This document shows, in pieces, positions 36,901 through 37,522 of a DNA stretch of 37,522 nucleotides. A program made the position numbers and the translations under genes. The stretch is taken from positions 1 through 37,522 of the forward strand of contig LXFE01000586.1 in the NCBI GenBank assembly GCA_001929475.1, read 5' to 3'. Below the pieces are notes generated by a model. The model was not told the DNA's origin, did not search any database, and saw only the letters and a program-made list of their open reading frames with translations. The DNA is from Neolecta irregularis DAH-3. Lineage: Eukaryota. How positions within the stretch are numbered: the first letter of the stretch is position 1; each line of letters begins with the position of its first letter.

Positions 36901-37504
36901 CTTATGGGGCCTCACTTGGCCTCCGACTGGAAGAAGGTATTGTTGAATTTTCAGTGTATCGCAGTCCGAACAGTGCTTTGGCGTTTTCCAAGGCTAGGGA
37001 AATTGTGCATGATTTCAAGAGTGGGAGAAAGGAGTTTGAGCAACTGGCGCTGGATAGCGCCAAGAGTTCATTGGTTTATTCTACTGTACCGAGTGGTATG
37101 GAATCTGCTGACGGTAGGTTTCTGTGGAGAGCAGTTTGTTGAAAGCGGTAATTGTTGGGGTGGATGTATTTGACTGGTAGGCTAGTTCTGGGTTTCTGAC
37201 GCAGGTGTTGCAAAAGCGGCCGGCGGGGTACCGAAGGGATTTCCTGGACAAGATCTGCGTTTGTTGTTTCTTGTTTGATTCTAATAGTAGAATGTGACTA
37301 TTGACGAACTGAAGAAGATGTTGGACAAGTATATTAGCAAGATTTTTGAGGGGGAGACGTCGCGGGTGGCAGTAGTTTGTAGTGGTGGGAAATCCGAGGT
37401 ACGTTGATCAAGAGCTGTAATAATTTTAGATTTTGGAAAAGGATTATCGAGAGCTGGGGTTTGAGGTGAAAGTTGAGAGTCTAGAGTCATTTTACGCGAT
37501 ATAA
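33924..37504 (+). CDS. M16C-family zinc metallopeptidase (yeast Sdd3/YOL098C-like), many exons
   Basis: LATEISDDSGCPHTLEHLVFLGS (HXXEH), LANRAFAQGTNAWTAVDHTAY, AGVVFSEMQGRE, GYRSQTGG, FWKKIRGAGLAYGA, FSVYRSP; stop at 37502-37504. Confidence 0.88.
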
Positions 37505-37522
37505 ATAATATGACGATATTAA

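Noticed and set aside
1320-37504. Three metallopeptidases (M1 and two M16C) as a functional cluster
   Set aside because: They are dispersed among unrelated housekeeping genes and are distant homologues; there is no sign of a cluster or recent duplication.
1-37522. Alternative genetic code, programmed frameshifting, CRISPR arrays or prokaryotic defence systems as explanations for the broken ORFs
   Set aside because: The breaks are explained by short spliceosomal introns with branch motifs. I saw no repeat-spacer arrays, tRNA or rRNA genes.

Overview
This is a gene-dense eukaryotic (ascomycete fungal) window, not prokaryotic. Most genes are split by very short introns of about 31-45 nt, so the ORF track fragments them. 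The compact layout, tiny introns and weak splice signals suggest an early-diverging ascomycete (Taphrinomycotina, possibly Neolecta-like); this is inference only. Genes I reconstructed by hand, in order: M1 aminopeptidase (APE2-like), an intronless F-box-like ORF, MRI1, a TBC Rab-GAP, ATG5, a Psh1-like RING E3, VMA10, an MSC7-like ALDH, an SDR plus a decayed tandem SDR pseudogene, RPL38, a hidden 107-aa TM + Ish1/HeH microprotein, CYM1/PreP, taxilin, a 66-aa signal+GPI micropeptide, POL31, MSM1 and an SDD3-like M16C peptidase. There is also a ~500-bp TIR element and a pogo/Fot1-like transposase relic. The most striking signal is splicing. Rebuilding conserved proteins requires six GC-AG introns and one GA-AG intron (just before the HIGH motif of MSM1). 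A TT-AG intron fits MRI1 best, several acceptors are GAG, and 3' splice sites appear to be chosen by distance from the branch point. All exon structures are manual inferences and need RNA-seq confirmation.
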